From assembly GCA_963705105.1 (NCBI GenBank), contig CAVPIW010000004.1, forward strand, positions 14,336-78,335: 64,000 bases of DNA, written 5' to 3'. The position numbers and the translations under genes were made by a program. The DNA comes from an uncultured Nitrospiraceae bacterium. Its GTDB lineage: Bacteria; Nitrospirota; Thermodesulfovibrionia; Thermodesulfovibrionales; Dissulfurispiraceae. The notes below the pieces were generated by a model that was given only the letters and a program-made list of their open reading frames with translations, was not told the DNA's origin and ran no database searches. Of this stretch, positions 60,814 to 64,000 are shown in pieces. The stretch's first letter is position 1, and each line of letters starts with the position of its first letter.

Positions 60814-60887
60814 TTCTGACTTCTGTCTTCTGACTTCTGTCTTCTGTCTTCTGTCTTCTGACTTCTGACTTCTGTCTTCTGTCTTCT
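60814..60887. repeat. 7-mer tandem array (TTCTG(A/T)C) of about 10 units
   Basis: Read directly from the sequence. Confidence 0.9.
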
Positions 60888-60898
60888 GGTTAATCCCT

Positions 60899-61282
60899 AT
60901 GTCTCCCTTCAGAAAAAAGATCCTCATCATCGACGAAGACGGCTTCTCGCGCATCTGCTTCGCTATCTTCGAGCTCGAAGGTTTCACCTCCGAGATCATC
61001 ACCGATATCGATCTGCTCAGGCAAAAAGTCAGGGACGACGAATTCTCCCTCGTCGTCACCAGCTATCCTTTCGGAACGACCTATCTCCGTGAAATCAAGG
61101 AAAAGAACATTCCTACGGTCATCCTGTCCGACCAGATAAACCGGGATCTGATCAACCTCCTTCAGCAGTTCGAAAACAGCTACTGCATGGTCAAACCGAT
61201 CGATTACCGCAAGTTCCGGTCCCTCGTAAAACAAATGGTAAACGGCGAATTGGTGCTGCAGGGAGGGTACAGCATTGTATAA
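60899..61282 (+). CDS. Atypical receiver-domain protein
   Basis: KKILIIDED...LVVTSYP...TVILSD...MVKPID. Ser stands at the usual phospho-Asp position. Confidence 0.75.
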   Translation: MSPFRKKILIIDEDGFSRICFAIFELEGFTSEIITDIDLLRQKVRDDEFSLVVTSYPFGTTYLREIKEKNIPTVILSDQINRDLINLLQQFENSYCMVKPIDYRKFRSLVKQMVNGELVLQGGYSIV

Positions 61283-64000
61283 GGTCATCGTTATTCTCCT
61301 GTCCGTTTTTCTTCTCATCTCGACGGGGTGCAAGAGCAAAACAAAGGAAGAGCTCCTCAGCGAGGGCCTTTCGTCGATGAAGCAGAACAATCCCTCCGCG
61401 GCAATCGTCTTTTTCAAGAACGCCCTCGAAAAAGACCAGAACTTCCTCGACGCCCGGTACAATCTGGCGAAGGCCTACACCGCCGCCGGCAAATACGAGC
61501 AGGCAGCAAGTGAATTCGAGAAGGTCCTGCGCCTGTCGCCGTCCGACAAGGAGGCGCAGCGGGAGCTTGCCCGAGCCCTCATCTTTACCAACAAGGCCGA
61601 CAAAGCGATCGAATCGATGGAGACCTTCCTCAAGTCCAATCCCGGTGACGCCGAGGCGCTGGAAATCCTCGGCCATGGGTATGCTGCGAAAAACCAGTTC
61701 GACGCCGCCGAGCGCCATCTCCTCGATGCACTGAAAGAAAAGCCCGGCATGGCATCCGCCAAGCTCGGGCTCGCAGGCGTGTATATCGCCAAGAAGGACG
61801 ACCGCAATGCCCGTGCCGTCATCGATGACATCATCGCGTCGGATAAGAACAATACGCGCGCCTACTACCTCCTTGCGCGGCTCGAGAATTCCCGGGGGAA
61901 CAAGGACGGCGCGCTCCAGGCCTATCAGAAGATCACGGAGATCAATCCCCAGGACAGCCAGGCGGGATACTGGACCGGCCTGATCTACATCGAAAAGGGC
62001 GACCTCGACAGGGCGGACAAGACAGCCGAAGACCTCATAAAGCGGTTCCCCAAGCGGGGCGAAGGGACGAGCCTCAAGGGCATCGTCCACTATCAGCGGA
62101 GAAACTACGACGAGGCGATCATCGAGCTCCAGAAGGCCGTCAAGATGCAGCCCTCTCTCGGGTCCTTCTATTTCCTGGGCCTGAGTCATTACAGCAAGGG
62201 CGAATACGAGCAGGCCCTCTCGCAATTCCAGAAGATCATCGAGGCCAGTCCCTCATTCCTGCAGGCGCGCCTGCTCTCGGCAACGATCTTCCTGAAGCAG
62301 AACAGGGCGGACAATGCCATGACGGAGATCAAGAAGGTCCTCGAGCTGGACGAGGGCAACGCCCTGGCCTACAATATCCTCGGCAGCGCCCACATGGCCC
62401 AGGGCCAGTATGATGAAGCCATCAAGGACCTGAACACGGCCATCTCCCTCGATCCGAAACTCATCGACGCCCACATGAAAAAGGGCCTCTTCAACCTGTC
62501 GAGAGGCAATACGGCCGTTGCCGAATCGGAGCTGAAGGCGGCCGTCAAGGTGGCGCCGGAGGTCCTGAACACGCGCCTCGTCCTCGCCTCCTATTACATG
62601 AGACAGAAGAGTTATGCCAAGGCTGCAGCCACGCTGAAAGAGGGACTAACGGGTAAGAAGTCGGACGCCCTCCTCTACAACTCCATGGCCGCCGCCCTTG
62701 CCGCCGAGAAGAAACAGGCCGAGGCGCTGGCTGCGCTCCGCAAGGCCAAGGAGATGAACCCCGACTACTTCGCGCCCTATTTCAACCTGGCCGCCTACCA
62801 CATGGTCAGGGGCGAACACGACAAAGCCATGGAAGAGTACCAGGCGGTCCTGAAGAAAGACGCCGGCAACATCGCCGCCCTGGTCCAGATGGGGTCCCTT
62901 CTCGAACTGAAAGGGAAGGAGTCTGAGGGGTTGGCTTATTTCCAGAAGGCCCGGGACACCAGGCAGGCCCAGGGCGCCCTTGCCCTCGCCAACTACCATG
63001 CGAGGAAGAACCAGCCCGACAAAGCGGTCTCCGTGCTGGACGATTTCATCAAGGCCAACCCGAAAGACCTCGATGCCATTGAATTCAAGGGGAAGATTCT
63101 GCTCCGGCAGAAGAACTACAAAGACGCACTGGCGGTCTTCGAGCAGATCGAATCGAAGCAGCCCGAGAGGGGGCTCCCCCTCGTGATCACCGCATATGTC
63201 GCCTCCGGTGACTATGCCTCCGCCATCAGGAAACTGGAAAAGGAGGCATCACTCAAGCCGGAGCGGGTAGAACTGCTGGCAGAGATCGCCCGTCTCCAGG
63301 TGATGCAGAAGAATCCGCAGAAGGCTATTGAGACGGCGCAGAAGATCATCCGGCAGAAGCCGGCATCGGCCCAGGGATACGTCGTGCTTGCGTCCGTGTA
63401 CGAGTCACAGAACAACCACGACGCGGCCCGCGACGCCCTGCTGAAAGGCATCAAGGCCGATGACAAGAGTCCCCAGGCCCAGATGATGCTGGGCAGCGTC
63501 CTTGCACGGAAAGGCGATTATGCCGGCGCCCTGAAGACCTACGACGGGCTCCTGAAAAGGAACCCCCGCTATGTGCCCGCCTTATTCGCACAGGCCACGG
63601 TGCTCGATCAATCGGGAAAGAAGAAAGAGGCCGTCCAGAAATACAGGGATGTCCTCGACAGGAATGAGCAGTATGTCCCGGCGCTGAACAACCTCTCCTA
63701 TCTTTATGCGGACGGCTACGGGACCAAAGAGGAGGCGCTCACACTGGCAGTCAGGGCCTTCAGGCTCGCCCCGCACAGCGGCGAGGTGCTCGATACCCTC
63801 GGGTACGCCCTCCTGAAGAACGGCCGGAAAGAAGAGGCGGTGAAGGCCCTCGAAAAAGCCGCCGCAGTCCTCCCGAACAATCCGACCGTCCATTATCACC
63901 TGGCCATGGCCCAGAAGGAGAACGGGACAAAGGCGGAGGCGATCAAGAACCTCCGGAAGTCCCTCTCCATGGGCGCCTTCCCGGAATCCGACAGCGCCCG
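61275..64000 (+). CDS. prsT: PrsT-like TPR-repeat lipoprotein of PEP-CTERM/EPS systems (runs off window)
   Basis: Not in the ORF track. TTG start gives MYKVIVILLSVFLLISTGC (lipobox) KSKTKEELL..G...AIVFFKNALEKD.NF..ARY.LA, with continuous TPRs to LNNL.YLY...DTLGY. Confidence 0.8.
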   Translation, partial: MYKVIVILLSVFLLISTGCKSKTKEELLSEGLSSMKQNNPSAAIVFFKNALEKDQNFLDARYNLAKAYTAAGKYEQAASEFEKVLRLSPSDKEAQRELARALIFTNKADKAIESMETFLKSNPGDAEALEILGHGYAAKNQFDAAERHLLDALKEKPGMASAKLGLAGVYIAKKDDRNARAVIDDIIASDKNNTRAYYLLARLENSRGNKDGALQAYQKITEINPQDSQAGYWTGLIYIEKGDLDRADKTAEDLIKRFPKRGEGTSLKGIVHYQRRNYDEAIIELQKAVKMQPSLGSFYFLGLSHYSKGEYEQALSQFQKIIEASPSFLQARLLSATIFLKQNRADNAMTEIKKVLELDEGNALAYNILGSAHMAQGQYDEAIKDLNTAISLDPKLIDAHMKKGLFNLSRGNTAVAESELKAAVKVAPEVLNTRLVLASYYMRQKSYAKAAATLKEGLTGKKSDALLYNSMAAALAAEKKQAEALAALRKAKEMNPDYFAPYFNLAAYHMVRGEHDKAMEEYQAVLKKDAGNIAALVQMGSLLELKGKESEGLAYFQKARDTRQAQGALALANYHARKNQPDKAVSVLDDFIKANPKDLDAIEFKGKILLRQKNYKDALAVFEQIESKQPERGLPLVITAYVASGDYASAIRKLEKEASLKPERVELLAEIARLQVMQKNPQKAIETAQKIIRQKPASAQGYVVLASVYESQNNHDAARDALLKGIKADDKSPQAQMMLGSVLARKGDYAGALKTYDGLLKRNPRYVPALFAQATVLDQSGKKKEAVQKYRDVLDRNEQYVPALNNLSYLYADGYGTKEEALTLAVRAFRLAPHSGEVLDTLGYALLKNGRKEEAVKALEKAAAVLPNNPTVHYHLAMAQKENGTKAEAIKNLRKSLSMGAFPESDSA

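Overview
High-GC bacterial chromosome segment. Gene order and repeat content suggest a Nitrospirota/Desulfobacterota-like organism, which is inference only. 1-14 kb: a minus-strand module with a 2010-aa MnxG-type multicopper oxidase, a YVTN-like beta-propeller partner, a stand-alone receiver, a secreted ELWxxDGT-repeat protein and a HAMP/PAS kinase plus NarL-type regulator. Two promoters in this module share an identically spaced triple TACCTA box. 14-32 kb: a secreted PHP hydrolase that shares an unexplained 142-aa C-terminal domain with the ELWxxDGT protein, an amidohydrolase, an ACT/Liv-type ABC/paaK cluster, pepF, a frameshifted GH3 gene and three toxin-antitoxin pairs. 32-56 kb: mutS, manB-manC, three GT4 genes bracketed by inverted MITE-like copies, yihY, tRNA-Ser, small remnants, proB, an OYE, obgE-rpmA-rplU, thiL, lon, hsp20 and galU. 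56-64 kb: a sigma54 two-component system flanked by two sigma54 promoters with TGT-N11-ACA sites, a NusG-paralogue antiterminator and a PrsT-like TPR lipoprotein. Intergenic DNA consists of at least six short repeat families, in places nested as Russian-doll inverted structures. No CRISPR, rRNA or intact transposase was seen.
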